A DNA stretch of 64,000 nucleotides, from assembly GCA_002245135.1 (NCBI GenBank), contig NGBS01000319.1, forward strand, positions 1 to 64,000. The letters run 5' to 3'. The stretch is from Proteromonas lacertae. Lineage: Eukaryota. Below are positions 14,465 to 28,959 of the stretch, one piece after another. The notes beneath the pieces are model-generated. The model saw nothing but the letters and a program-made list of their open reading frames with translations. It was not told the origin of the DNA and searched no databases. Every line of letters starts with the position of its first letter. Position 1 is the stretch's first letter. Made by a program: the position numbers and the translations under genes.

Positions 14465-15817
14465 CTATTTCGATCTCATTATTTCATCATCAATATCTAT
14501 TACAGGGTATAAAATAATCATTTTATGTATTGATGACATTGTATTTCTATAATTTTTATAAAACCATCTTTCTTCATCTGTCCATAATGAATTGTCTACT
14601 TCTAGTAATGGATATTCTTCTTTTTCTAATGCTTTCTCACAAAGTAGCTTTAATCCTTTCATTCTAGTATTATTTCCATTATATATATTTTTATTTTATC
14701 CATTTCATTTGCCTAATAAAACAGCACATTCATCATCTATTGAGATATTACTCAAATTAATATCAGAGAATTTTCAATTAACATATTTAAATTGTTTGAC
14801 AATAATTTAAATCCAACATTACCAATTGGATTATCTATTATATAAATAAAAATAGTAAATATAATATACCATGAATGACTAATTTATCAATATTCTCATT
14901 TTCTTTCATGTAATCACAATCATTATTATATAACACCTCTTTTTTTTCTTTCACAATCATTAAATTATTTTTACAATCTCTCAATATTTCACTCATTTTT
15001 ATCATTTCTTTTTTCAACTCTTTTAAACTCATTCTTTCTTCATTTTCCACATTTAGCATCTTATCAATCAGTTTTTCCATTGGATTATTATTTCTAATAC
15101 CAAAACAATATTTACATCTCAGGATCTTCATTGTTTTATTCACATTATCATCTTCATTAAATGGTAATTTATTATTAATCATTTCATATAATATACATCC
15201 AATTGACCAAATCACACTTCAATCATTACATTCTAATCCATTTATCTCTTCTGGGCTTATGAAGTTTATATCATATAACCTCTTATCACTCTCTTTTCTC
15301 AAAGAATTTAACCATAAATCACACATTTTTATGTGATTACTATTGTTTTATACAACATTTGAACTCTTCAAATTATTAACTATCAAACCATATTCATTTA
15401 ACATCATCAATATATCACATATTGAACTTATCACATCACATATATTACTGTTGGACAAGGTTTTTCTTTAAATTAATTCTTCTAAATCTCTATCGTAGTA
15501 TTCTCGTGAAATTATAATACATTCATTGCAATTATTTATATAAATCACTCTAGAAGGATAAATAAAGGAGAAACAACTATCTAACAACAATGAGTTATTT
15601 TCATTGAATTTTAATACTTGTTTCTCTTTGATTCTTTCTATATTAAAACATTTTAACATTCTAAGGCTATTATCATGCTCTACAATTAAATCTACTTCAT
15701 TACCACTTTTTTCTATCTTTTTTCTTATCTAATAAAATAACAACATAAAAATACTTCAGCATTAAATGGTAATATTGATGGTATCATATCATTTACTGAA
15801 GTTCTTAAGTGAAACGT
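14465..15817 (-). pseudogene. Degraded paralog of the kinase-LRR gene at 47380-50675
   Basis: Clear similarity to the paralog (SVIWSIGCILYEMIN, NLSNISIDDE, LEKEEYP). Start ATG reads ACG, there are in-frame stops (e.g. ECND*SVIW, LEELI*), and the middle LRR region is missing. Confidence 0.85.
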
Positions 15818-15960
15818 TTTTTGATGTAAAATGAAACGAATATTATTTTCATATTTCATTATTTAATCATATACAACATATTATATATCAAAACTATTCA
15901 TTTTAGTTTATCAACTAACAAATAAACAGAATACAACCATTTTAAATAAATTATTACTAT

Positions 15961-17716
15961 TTATTCTATATCTTCTTTTATTGTAGACTATTCATATATA
16001 TATATAACAAAATAATAAAAATACAGTAGATCGTAATAGAGTAGGTATAGAAGTACCAGGATCAAATTCAGGAGGTAAAGGCTTTTGTTCTTTTCTTTCA
16101 TTCCATCTTAATTCTCTCTGAATTGAAATAAACCAATCACCTGTTACTCCACCATTTATTATATTGTCTCCACCAGTTATTATAGTAGGTAATGGATAAG
16201 TAGATACAGATATCTATATATAGATAATAATAATAATATATTAATATATTTACATATAAACTATCACCTTCATTCAAAATAGCCCATTTTCTACCATCAC
16301 AAATAACAATTGCAGAATTTCTACATTCTTCTTCAGCTCTTTTCGCTACAGTTACTCTTAATAAAGCAGAATCAGGCAATATCATTGGTCTGAATGATAA
16401 ACTATGTGGACAAATTGGAGTTAATAACATCGCAGGAACAGCAGGATGAACCATGCTACCACCAGCAGATGCTGAATAAGCAGTTGAACCAGTTGGTGTA
16501 GCAACTATTACACCATCAGCTATGATTTTTGTGATTTTTTTCTTAAATATATAACAGTCTAAATCAACCATATTAGTTGATTCTCTTTGTATTACAAATT
16601 CATTTAATACGGTAGAAGCATCAGATACATTATCAATATGAAAGTCAGATGAATCAACTGGACAACCATCTTCCAAATTAACTGGAGTTTTATCTTTTTC
16701 TAATTCAATTCTATAGTCCTTTTCAGATGGTGGTAATAATGATTTATCATTTCTTACTATTTTACCAATTAATCTAGTACGAAGTGTAATCCAACATGCT
16801 TTATTTACTACCTATTATTAATTACATGTATATATATACACTTTCCAATTGTTCTTCAGCTGAACTTATATCAATTGGTGTAAGAAATCCCAAGCTACCC
16901 ATAGCAAAACTGATTATAGGAGGACAATATTCTTGAAATCTATAGGATGTATAACACATTGTTCCATCTCCACCTAAAACAACTAAAAAGTCTATATGCT
17001 TTTCTAATTCATCAATTCCTTCAATTGATAAGAATTGATCACATTTTAATTCATCATGTACTGCTTTTTCTACATATATATTCTTCACTTTGTATTTATC
17101 TTGTAGTAATGTACCTAATTTGAATAGCCAGGAGGTAATTATTGTGTCATATGGCTTTTTTATTATTAATACAGATTTGGGTGGAGTGGACCACGTTAGT
17201 TTTACTACATTTGATGCCTTATGAAGCATTATTAACTTCGTACCTGTTGTAATTGTAGCAATTTGATTATTATCTTTACTATCTGCTAAGTCTCCACATC
17301 TATGTGTTATAAATAAACAATATATACTGAAATAATTCATATGGAGTTTTGTGATATTCAGAATATTTGACTGTTTTATCATCTGTTATAGAAAACGTAC
17401 CTTGAGCTTCCACTTTGATAGTTACATCTTTTGACTTTCTTGGAGTTGCTTCTTGTTTTATTATTTCCCTTTCTTGAAAAGACTTTCGATATTTGTCTCT
17501 CTCTTCTCTGTATCTTTTTATTCTCTTCTCTAAAGTTTCCATTCTCAATAAACATTCATTTCTTGTTTGTTTTAATCCTTCTAAACCACTTTTAGGAATA
17601 TGACCACAAGATTGAGCTGCTCGTAGTAATATAGGTTTGGAATGTGGTGTTATAGGAGGAGATTTAGGTGCTTCACTATCAGAGAGTGATGCTTTCTCTT
17701 TGCTTAAATCAGACAT
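15961..17716 (-). CDS. NADK: NAD+ kinase (multi-exon)
   Basis: LGGDGT, GSLGFL, VLNE, ADGVIVATPTGSTAYSASAGGS, PICPHSLSFRP motifs; last micro-intron leads to TAA at 15961. Confidence 0.95.
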
Positions 17717-17775
17717 TTTAATTAAGTGATCAAGCTTTCAAGCTTTTTTCATATTTTTCTTCTTATCTCCTCGCA

Positions 17776-20298
17776 ATGATAAAAATGAGTGACAAAAATA
17801 CTCAAAAAGACATTGATAGCAACTCAAAAATCACATCTTACCATTATATTTGTGAAGAACGTATAATTAGTGATTGTTATTTTTTCTAGTGTGTGTGAAC
17901 AGTATCCAATCATATGCTACAAAGATTGAGATGAATGTAAACTTGAAAAATTCTTCAATCAGCATAATAGACAATGGTACTCTAATTTAGTGATTAAGGT
18001 ATTAGGTTATGCACTTTCTATGGAAACATTTAGAAAATTAGGTGTTAGTACAATAGAGAGAAAGAATCATAGAAGAGGAGAGTTTTTACAAACAGTTAGT
18101 CATTTATGTAATTCTACTTTCATTATGTATGAAGATAAATTCCAGCATAAAAAAGTTTTATATTTTCAATCTATATAATTACATGTAGACAATCAATATA
18201 AATGGTATAAGTAGTGAAATCACAAGTGGATATAAAGAAAGATGTTATAATGGACTAGAAGTTCATTTAGACCAAATATTCATGAATCGTCCAATAAGAA
18301 TAAAAGTATAATTATTACTATTTGTATATATTATAAATAGTCCTGCAATATTGAGAATGAGATTAATCTAATTATTCAGATAATTGAAAGATTGTCTTTA
18401 CTTCACCCAAATATTACATTTATACTATATGATTCAAATCAATCCAAGTTATTATATTCTATCAAGCCACATTCTACTATCCTCAATCGATTTTTATCAC
18501 TTTATAATAATAAATCAAACTATATAGAGTTTAATATAGAAAACCCTTTGAAATGTAATGGTATAATTTCCAGTTTAAATGATAAAAAGAAAGGAAAGAA
18601 ATTAAATATTCAATATTTATATATCAATGAATATCCAGTGAGATGTAAAGTATTAGAATCAATTATAAATAATGAATTCAAGAGAAAGAACAGCAACAAT
18701 AATAATGAATTGAGTTATATTATCAATATATATATGAATATGCCAGACTATAATGTTATATACAGTAATGACAGTATTAATGAAGTGATAATCAAATATG
18801 ATTATAATTGTCTGATATGGTTAGTTCAAGAAATAATGAAGGAAATCTATGACAATAGTAATTATAGAAGTAATAGTAATAATGATGATGAATATTTGAA
18901 TATTGATGTTCCTGAACATGAAGATGATTATAATGATTTAGAGCCATTATTTACACCTATTAAGAGAATGTATTCAAGTATACCAACACCACCATCTCAT
19001 GAAAGGAGAATACCTGATAATTATAACTCACTTACTAATAAATGGGATTATTTACTAGGAGTTAATTCAATACCAAATAATATCAATAACAATGATAATT
19101 ACCCAACTACAACTACTTCTTATTATTATAATAATCCAATATTTAATGATAATGATAATGATAGAAGTCCTTTATTACTATCAAGACAAGAGTATAGAGA
19201 ATATAAAAGATTATTAAAACAGCCATGGTTAAAACCAATACAACCAGATGAAGGATTAGAAGATGAAGAAGAAGGAATAGAAGTAATGAGAAGTGAAGTA
19301 GAATTACCACAACTACAACAGTGTAATGATAATGTTAGAAATGAAATACAACCATCACCACTACTACCTCGTTATATTGATGATATATCAATAGATATTA
19401 TTAATAGAGAATATGGTCATGATGTAATTATGAATCAGTTTATTGATTATAAACCATGTGAAGCTGATAGAACATATGAATGTAATAATGATGAATATAG
19501 AAATAGTGAGATTAATATAAAAACATATTTAACTCCATCAACAGTAAGTGGAAATAAAAGAAGAAAATTGTCAACACCATCATCATCATTATCTTATAAT
19601 AATAATAGTTTTATCTTTACAAAAGATGATTTAAAGAAGTGTAAGGTGATTGGTCAATTTGATAAGAAATTCATATTATTGTATTGTAATAATATATTAT
19701 TTGCTATTGATCAAGTATAATTATATTATATTAATGTTAATAGCATGCTGCTGATGAGAGAGTAAATCTAGAGAAGTATGAATCAATAATACAATCATCT
19801 GATACTTCAGAGATAATGAATGAAATAAATATATGTGAAACAATGACAATTAATGACAGATTATTTTATATATTAAATGAGAATAAAGAATTGATTGAAA
19901 AGAGGGGATTTAAATATATAATAAAATATAACGAGAATAATGAAAGAGTGATTGAATTAGTGGTATATATATATAAATATATTTCAATTTATAATATCTA
20001 ATAGAAGACAATGTGTATAATGAATACAATTATGCATATAGATTCATTAATGAACTATTTAGAACAATTAGAAAGATGTAATAATAAATATATTAATGAG
20101 TATGAAATACCTGAGTATTTAAATACAATATTGAAATCTAAAGCATGTAGAAATGCAATAATGTTTAATGATAAACTCTCATTTGAAGACTGTGAAAATT
20201 TGATATTGAAACTGAGTGAATGCAATTATCCATTTATGTGTGCTCATGGTAGACCATCAATACATCCTTTATTCAGTCTAAAAGACAATCAAATCTAA
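17776..20298 (+). CDS. MLH3: MutL-family mismatch repair endonuclease, MLH3-like (multi-exon)
   Basis: GQFDKKFI, intron-split DQ|HAADERVNLE, ACRNAIMFND, FMCAHGRPS; divergent GHKL N-terminus (EELCVNS, IIDNG, RRGEFL). Confidence 0.85.
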
Positions 20299-20826
20299 TT
20301 ATTCTATCAATTTTAAAAGTTAAGTTTGTTTTTGTTATTATTTAATATTTTTCATGAAAACATATGATATAGTTATAGCAAATAATAAATCAATTCATTT
20401 TAATATTTTGAAACGGATATATAAAACGACTATATTTTTGATTATTAAAAATGAAGAGCATTAGAGCAAAATAAAGGTACATTATTCTCAAAAATTGAAC
20501 AAATGATGATAATTTATTTGATTGTAGCATTAAATTTACAGAGTATAGTTTAAATATCTAAATAGCTAATGAGTGTTACTTTTCACATAAAGGTTTAATA
20601 TAATTATATAATAATATTAATATATTTATAGTTGAGTATATAGTTACTGTATCTTATTATTTGAGGAAATGAGGTATGTGGTTGTTGTTGTTAAATATTG
20701 ATTGGTATATTGAAGTTATGTTATGCAAAAGATTTATCTAAATTGATATATTTGGAGTTTAAATAGAATATAATCTACTGTAAACTAAAGTATAGAAAAT
20801 AATTCTAAACTTCAAAATCTTTTAAT

Positions 20827-23800
20827 ATGAAGCTACAGGATGTAGAACAGCTTATTAAAAAAGTATTTCTGATCTATTAAAGGATTTTTTAGGGTAAAGA
20901 GAAAGAAAATGAGAAGTTGTGGTTATATGCCAGAAGTTTATACTTCCAGGCTTTATATGGTTATTATGTTTTGACTTCCTCTCCAAAAAACTCAAAGTAA
21001 ACTCATATTTATATTGATCTATAGCTATGAAAGAAATATTAAGCGCATTTCAGAAATATTAAAGATGATACAGTTAATTGATGACAAAGCAAATAAAGAA
21101 TTTATGAAGGTATAATTTATAGTATAATAATAGTACCGTACAATTGGATTGTCAATTAAAACATTTGCTACTCCAATGAACTATCTGAAGGGTAAATTCT
21201 GTTTAGAATACGCTCAAACTTTAAGATCTGTTGGTAAAAATACGGAAGCAAGAAGACTGTTAGATAATGCCAAAGCATTATTTAAATCTTCAGAAAAATT
21301 GTCATCAGAAGAACAGGAAGATAAAAAGAAGTATTTAAATGATATTGACCAGTTGTTAAAATCTTATCCAAAAGAAGATAACTTTATTTTCAAACCTGAT
21401 GAAGAAAATGAACAAACCAAAATATTGAAAGATTCTTCAAGAATTGGTGAAGTTGCAGTTAATCCATTTAGTGAGTATGAATTATATAATACAAGATTTG
21501 ATACAGATGAAGAATATTTCAAAGATGATTTTGATTATAACAAAATAAAAGACTTAGTAGGAAAAGGTGTATGGAGAAGACCAAATGAGTTTTATGATGT
21601 TATTCCTGAAGTAGTAAGAGACTTTTTATCACCATCAGTAAAACAAATGGAAATGGGAGATTGTTCTAATATTGCACCAGTAATGGCAATCACTAATCAT
21701 ATGGCATTATATGGAACAACCTATTTGAAGAATATGATATATCCTCAAAACAAAGATGGTTGGCCAATTTACAATCCTTATGGTAAGTATGTTATCAAAA
21801 TATATATCAATGGATGTTTTAGAAGTGTATTAGTCGATGATTATCAATTGACAAGTAAAGAGTGTTCTGGTGTTATTATAGCTCAATCATTATTGCAGAC
21901 TGAATTGTGGGTTAGTTTATTAGAAAAAGCAATAATGAAAGTGTTTTACACAGGTTCTTATTTCAGTTGTGAATTATCCTGTTTTACTGGTTGTGCTACT
22001 AGATCATATAGTTCAAAAGAATTGTTGAATAATTTAGATAAAATATGGAATGAATTATACACTTTATATAGTAATGGACATATAATATCAACACTTTCAG
22101 TCTGTGATCAAGGAAAATTACCAATTGTTCATCATCATGCATATGCTATTTTAGCTGTATGTTATCATATTCATTCTATTCTTTTATTAGTATCGAGAAT
22201 ATAACAAAGAGAAATGGATTCTAGTTGGGAATGCTCATGGCATTAAAGGACCTTGGTATATTGATAATAATATATGGGATGAAAAACATCAAAAAGTATT
22301 GATATTATATAATTGAATTATTGTTATAGTATATTGGATATAATCGAGAATCAGCAGATTGTTTTTGTAGTGTAAATGCTTCTTGGTTTTTGTTGAAAGA
22401 TGTATTACCTGAATGTAATGGAATGTATTTTTCTAAATATTATAATTTCAATAGAAATATAGCATATCATGAAGAAATATACCCATTTAATGGAAGTCAT
22501 CACATTTTATTACCAGGACTAGTTCCAAGACAAGTATATTTCAGACATCAATATACATTTGAAGTAACTCCAACAAAAGGAGTAGGAGAAGTATACTTTG
22601 AGTTTGAAAGGCATAGTAAAGATGAAAATGATTCAAATATCTATGTTTTTAATGATATATCTTTCTATAAATGATTTTTAAATTTTCTCCTTAATAGAAT
22701 ATACTTCTTAGATGTTACAGGTGAAAATTGTAAAAGACTAATGGATGAACCTTCATCAATGGTATATTAACATATTATTACTAATGGTGTAATAGAATCG
22801 AACTTATTATATGATGAAAGTATGGGGAAATAGGCAAATCATTGATAAACCATCAAAGTTTGTAATTGTGTCGTATTTAAAAGATAATAATATATATCCA
22901 GTTCCAATGACAATTAGAGTATATTTTATTGTTTTATATATTATATTATAGATATTCTCAAAGAATATGAAGATATCTCATGGACCTTTAGCGATGGAAA
23001 GATTTACATATAATTCTAAAGTAAGTTTCGATTGGATTACAGATTATAATCCAATGGAACAATTATTCTATATGTTACCTCAATTGAAAATAGTAATTCC
23101 ACAAAATACAAAGTTGTTCATTTATTTGAAATGTGAAAATGAAAGAGTTGGTGGTTCATTATTTAAAGGAGAAAATAGAATATATTGTGATGGTGATAGT
23201 AAAACAGTTACTCAAATGGCTGCTCAATTCAATGAAAATGTTTGTGAAATTGATGTAGAAAAAGGAGAATATAGATTTGTTCCATATTTAATAAACAATA
23301 ACAAACCATGTAAAATCGATGTAAGATTAGAATCTCCAATATCACTTGAAATATCATCAACAAAATGTGAGGAGAAATTCATTGAATATAATATCAAAGG
23401 AGTAGTAAAAGATGGAGGAGAATATTTGATTCAAGGATTTTATACTCAATTACCTCAATACAAATTAACAGTGAAAGAAACAACCAGATTGCTTCTAAAA
23501 TCAAATGATTCATTTTCATATTTCATTTATGTATTTGATTCAAAAGGAAATAGTGTTTTATCTGAAACTCAATGTGAAAATATTGCCAGTGTTCATTCCA
23601 TCTATTCATATTGTGCTAATCTACAACCAGGACAATATTCACTTGTTTTACATTGATATCTTTTTTGGATTATTTATTTCTATTGTAATTCTTAATCTTT
23701 ATTTTACTATTCATAAGAAAGTAATGAAATCTTATTCATTTTCAATGTGGTCAACAAAACCAATATCATATGATAAGGTAGATTTAACAAGACAATCTCT

Positions 23801-26188
23801 AATTTTATTAAAAGATGGGAAAAGAATAAGAAATACATTTGGAAATATTGAATAGTATTAAATTGTTTTGATTATGAATAAAATAGTCATGATAAACCAT
23901 CAAATGATCAATGGTGTATTGATATTTTAGAAGAATCATGTGATTTAGTTTGTAGTTGTGAAACTGTAGATGGTATATCTGAATTTCAATTATATGAGAG
24001 TAATGGAGATCATTTATTCAGTATTGGAGAGAGAATGATATCTGGAAGAATATTAGGTAAAAGCAATACTACATCATCAGTGACATTAAAAAAAGGTAAA
24101 TACACTTTAGTTCCATCATTTGCAGAGTATTATTTTTGTTTTTATTGTGATAATAGAAAAAGTAGTTCTGCTTCAATGGGTATAGTATTTCGTGGATCTT
24201 CATTATTCACCATTACTCAAATCACAGATTGGTTTAATCTTGATATTCATGATGAATGGACAGAAGCAAATAATAAAGGATATAATCATCATACTGTTTC
24301 TCCACAATATCTAATTACTGTTACAAAAACAACTCCACTTTATTTGTATTTAAACACAACTTGTGATGATCAAGTAATGCTACTATTATATAGGAGTGAT
24401 GGAAGATATTTTGATTATCAGGATAATAAATGTTCAGTAATTGATAAACCAAATTGTTTCTCATTTTCATCCAAAATTATTCAAAGTAATTTAACTCCTG
24501 GTAATTATATAGCAGAATGTTTAGTATATAAACAAGCAACACATGGTCCTTTCACTCTCACTATTCAATCTCCAGATAAATTAACTGTGAAAAGATGTCC
24601 AGAATTAGGAGAAGGTTATTTACATTATCATTATGATGGAAAATGGTCAAAAAGTGATGGAACAGCAGCAGGATGTTGCAATCATCATCATTATGATGAT
24701 AATCCAATGTATTAAATATTAATTAATTATCTTTTATAGAATACCAATTACATTTGAAGAAGAAAATACTGAATTAGTAATGGTTTTTAATCCAACAGAA
24801 AAAGTATGTGTAGGTGTTGATTTATATAAAGATGAACAAAATAAGTCTCCTAAAGAACAACTGAAGCAATATCCAAAATCAATTTTTAAAATAAATGGAA
24901 GTTATTTTTGGGCAGAAATACCATTAATCTCTGAAGTAGCTATTATTCCAAAAGGTAAATATTTCTTTGTTCCATCAACATTTGATCCATTTGAAGGACC
25001 AATATCAATTGATATTTATACTAATAAACCAGTAAATGGTGAAATGATTAAAGAACAATACCCTGTAATTAATAGTAGATTATTAAGATTAGATGCTGAT
25101 ATATTATATCGTCAATCATTTCTGTATTTTAGTAATAGTAAGTTAGAAAAAGTAGCAATTAAAACAAATGGTAATACAAAAGAAGAAAATGAGGAGATAG
25201 AATTATTAAGAAAACAATTGTATTGTTGTTTAGGTGAGAATATGGAAATGAATAAAAAGTTAAAGCTAATGGGTCAAGATGAAAAATTGTTTAGCAGGAA
25301 AATAACGAATACTGACACAGCTGTAATAAAATTAAAAGCAGAATTGATAGATGCTCAATCCAAAATTGATGAATTGAATGAAAAGCTAAATAACAAAGAA
25401 AATAATGTAAATGAAGATTCAGAGAGAAAGAAATTATCCGCTGAAATCGATGAATTAAAGCAGGAATTATCTAAATCAAAAGAAAAAGAAAAAATAAATG
25501 AAAAAATAATTTTAGAGTTACAAACTGAGATAGAAAAAATGAAAAAGGAGAAAGGAGAATTACCTAAAATAGGCAATAATGCAACTCCTCCACCACCTCC
25601 TGTTGCTGAAAATGATGGTAATAGTAAAAAATATGAAATTGAATTGGCAGAGAAGAACAAGAAAATCAAAGAGATGGAAAAAGAGTTATCTGAATTAAAT
25701 GAAAAACTCAAAATACTTACTGATGATTTGGATAAAGAAAGATTACTAAAGAAACAATCAGAAGAAGAGAAACAAAAGGAATTAAAACAGAATTATGGAA
25801 TTTCTATAAAATCAAAATCTCCTCAAACTGTTACAACAGTGATTGTATATCTAATTATTATTATATAAGTATTGATTATATTTAATAGAATTCCACTCCT
25901 TTGTTGTTTAATGTTTTTAATACTGATGGATTTACTGCAAAGATAATGGATAAGAATAATTCTTCAAAAGCTAGAATATTAATTTGTACTGATACATCAA
26001 TAGCTTACTTTCAACCTGGTTTCTGTGGTGAAAAATACATCAACATATCATTAGTTGGATCAAAAATGAAGAGATTGAGTTTAACAGTTGAAGTAATACC
26101 TAAAAAGGGTGAAAAATTCACATTAGTCTTTAATACAAAAGAAGAAACAAATGCTTTTGAAGAATCTTATAGAAAATATTTCTCATAA
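20827..26188 (+). CDS. Calpain-7/PalB-like cysteine protease: MIT-like N-terminus, CysPc, multiple C2-like repeats, coiled coil, PH-like C-terminus (multi-exon)
   Basis: WRRP, QMEMGDCS (Cys), NPYGKYVIKIYING, ELWVSLLEKA, HHAYAIL (His), GNAHG (Asn); repeated PQY-type units; GTAAGC. Confidence 0.8.
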
Positions 26189-26349
26189 ACTTATATATTT
26201 TTTTTCACATTTTTGAAATATTTACAATCTAAGGATAGTATTTATTATACAATCTTAGAATGAATTGAATATATTGTTTTTGATGTTATTGATTTTAAAC
26301 AAAATAGAACTACATAATACATTTAGATTATAATCCTCTTAAAAACAAT

Positions 26350-27257
26350 TCACAACTTATTTGTTGTTTTCAAGTACGATTCTAGGTTAATAGAAGGATT
26401 TGTTTTCATTACATCTTCAGTGTTACAGTATGGAGGAAGTTTAACATATTTAGTTGTGGTAAATATTCTATGCCACATCATTTCATAGATTCTTCCACAA
26501 AATCCATCATAACCATTTCCAAATGAATATTTAAAACTACTGTTTGACCATTCTCTTAAATTTTCTATCATTTGAATATATTCAGCTTTTGGTCTTCTTT
26601 TTATCTCTTCTGATTTTACAAAAAATGTTCCACAACATGGATAAGACCAATTCCCATAATTATTTATTTCCACATTAGTATTTTTGAATAACAATTTAAT
26701 TAATTCTTGAGTTATATTCTCTTCTATCACCACCGTTGGAATATAATTCCAGTAACATTGATAACCACCAAATTGTTCTTCTTTTATATAATCTGAGTTG
26801 ATCAGTTTATTCATTGTTGATGTTAATGGATTAACAAAATGCCATCCATAATTATGACCATGCATAAAAATATATGTTTCAGCTAAAGGATTATCATAAT
26901 TATTAATTATAAACTCTAATATGATTTGGTTTCTTTGCATCCAACTCCCTGTTGTGGAGTTAAACATTCTATTCTATAAGACGGTAAAGACTGCATTGGT
27001 GGAACAAAATTATGACCACATTAAAGATATATCTGTAGGAACTTGTTCTTGGGGAGAATCACATTTTTCTCTCTTTGAAAATCGCTACTTACATAACCTT
27101 GCTTATTAATTATATCATGATAGTGAATATTTTGTTTATTCTCTATTCTAAACCTTTGTGTAGAGAGATGGGTTGAATTGTATGATTTGTATAATTCCGA
27201 TATAAAAAATCCCATATAAACAGCCACAATAATAATGATAAATAAAATACAATACAT
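26350..27257 (-). pseudogene. DUF3431-family type II membrane protein, disrupted by an in-frame TAA (27021-27023) and a 1-nt frameshift (about 26920)
   Basis: N-terminal TM; IFMHGH..WH, PCCGTFFV, RRPKAEY, GRIYEMMWHRIF. The frame after the TAA reads ...GCKETKSY and then shifts to LEFIINNYD. Confidence 0.65.
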
Positions 27258-27360
27258 ATTATTAAAAATTATTAATCTTTCTTCTTAAAATAACACTATT
27301 AAATCTTGTGAAACGACTATATTTTATTTTTTTCAAGATTGTTTTTTTTTGTTTTTCATA

Positions 27361-28632
27361 ATGGCTGTCACATATGAAGTATATTCAATATATTATATTA
27401 AAGGTATCATCATTTGTTAAGTTGATAAATGGAGAAAAAGTAGATAAAATTACACTTAAGTATAAAATTAACTGGAAACACATATATAATGCAATAGGAA
27501 CAAAGAATCTTATGAAGTTTCATTTATAACGCTAGGAGCCACAATGTACTCATTGAAAACTCCAGATAGGAATGGAATTGTTGAAGTATGAATATATGTT
27601 TATAGTAATTAATGTAATAGGAGATATCTTTACAGAAAAAAGCATTGGAAGATATTTACATTGGTAATGTCTACTACGGTGCTACTATTGGAAGATATGC
27701 AGGAAGGATAGGATATGGTAAGTTTTCTATAGATGGTAAAGAGTATTCATTATCTTGTAATGGAGGTAAACATCATGCTCACGGAGGTAATATTGGTTTT
27801 GATAAAGTATTTATTGTTTTTTATTTTTGTGTATGTTTAGAGAGTATGGAAGTATGAGATTAAGAAAGGAAAGACATTTGTTACAATTATATTCACATTA
27901 ACATCTCCAGATGGAGAAGAAGGATATCCAGGAACATTAGAAGCAAAAGCATCCTATACATTAAATGATAAAAACCAATTAATAGCAGAATTTGAAGCAA
28001 ATACTGATAAACCAACAATTGTCAATATGACAAATCACTGTTATTTCAATTTATCAGGAGATTATAAGAGAAAAATATATGATCATGTATTTAATAATAA
28101 CAACAATATTATATATATATATAGACTATTAGATTGAATTGTTCCAACTACACTCCATTTGTTGATGGTGTATTATATATAACCTATGATATATATATCA
28201 ATAGTTGCCTACAGGTGAAATAACTCCAGTTAAAGGATCATTATTAGATTTTACCAAAGCAAAAACATTAAATAATTTGAATGACATTCATGAAGGAGGA
28301 AAAAATGGAATTGATAACTGTTTTGTTATTGATCATGATGATCCAATTGAATTGAATGAAACTGAGACAACAACACCTACTAAATCATCTACTCCTTCTA
28401 AGAAAGTAAAAGAAAAGAACCATCGTCTGGTAAAATAGAAAAAACATCAAAGAAAATCAAAATGGATCCTATTGTATTATGTGCTGAGTATAATAAATAT
28501 TATTGTATTTTTATCTTCTTTACTTTAGAGTATCAGAATTAAATGGAAGAAGAATGAAAATATATACAAATCAATGTGGTCTTGTAGTTTATACAGGTAA
28601 TTGGCTTAATGATGAATATCCATATGTTCCTG

Positions 28633-28677
<45 letters not shown>

Positions 28678-28830
28678 AACATATAATTCTATATATAGCA
28701 TAATTCAATATGTTTTGAACCAACATATTATACAAACTCACCAAATGTACCAACATTTCCATCTCCTATACTTAGACCTTCTGAAACATATTTTCATAAA
28801 ACAATATATGAATTTTCAGTAGATAATTAA
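27361..28830 (+). CDS. GALM: Aldose 1-epimerase / galactose mutarotase (many micro-introns; apparent 1-nt frameshift about 28410)
   Basis: YYGATIGRYAGRI, HAHGG, DGEEGYPG, VNMTNHCYFNLSG, PTGEI, YTGNWL, ICFEP motifs. Confidence 0.92.
28637..28675. repeat. (TA)n microsatellite within a GALM intron
   Basis: Directly visible. Confidence 0.9.
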
Positions 28831-28959
28831 ATATAATTGGTATTATTATTGTTGTTGTATAAAGAGACTATTTTTATCATAATCTTGTTATTCTGAAAAT
28901 CAATACGCATGATTTTTTCGTTTTAAAGAAATGGGCTTGATTCTGATTTGAAACTAAAA

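Noticed and set aside
20300..20826. Gene or ncRNA in the long intergenic gap
   Set aside because: No sustained ORF and no recognisable RNA motif.
14465..27257. Alternative genetic code explaining in-frame stops
   Set aside because: The stops are confined to two degraded loci; conserved genes read through long frames with the standard code.
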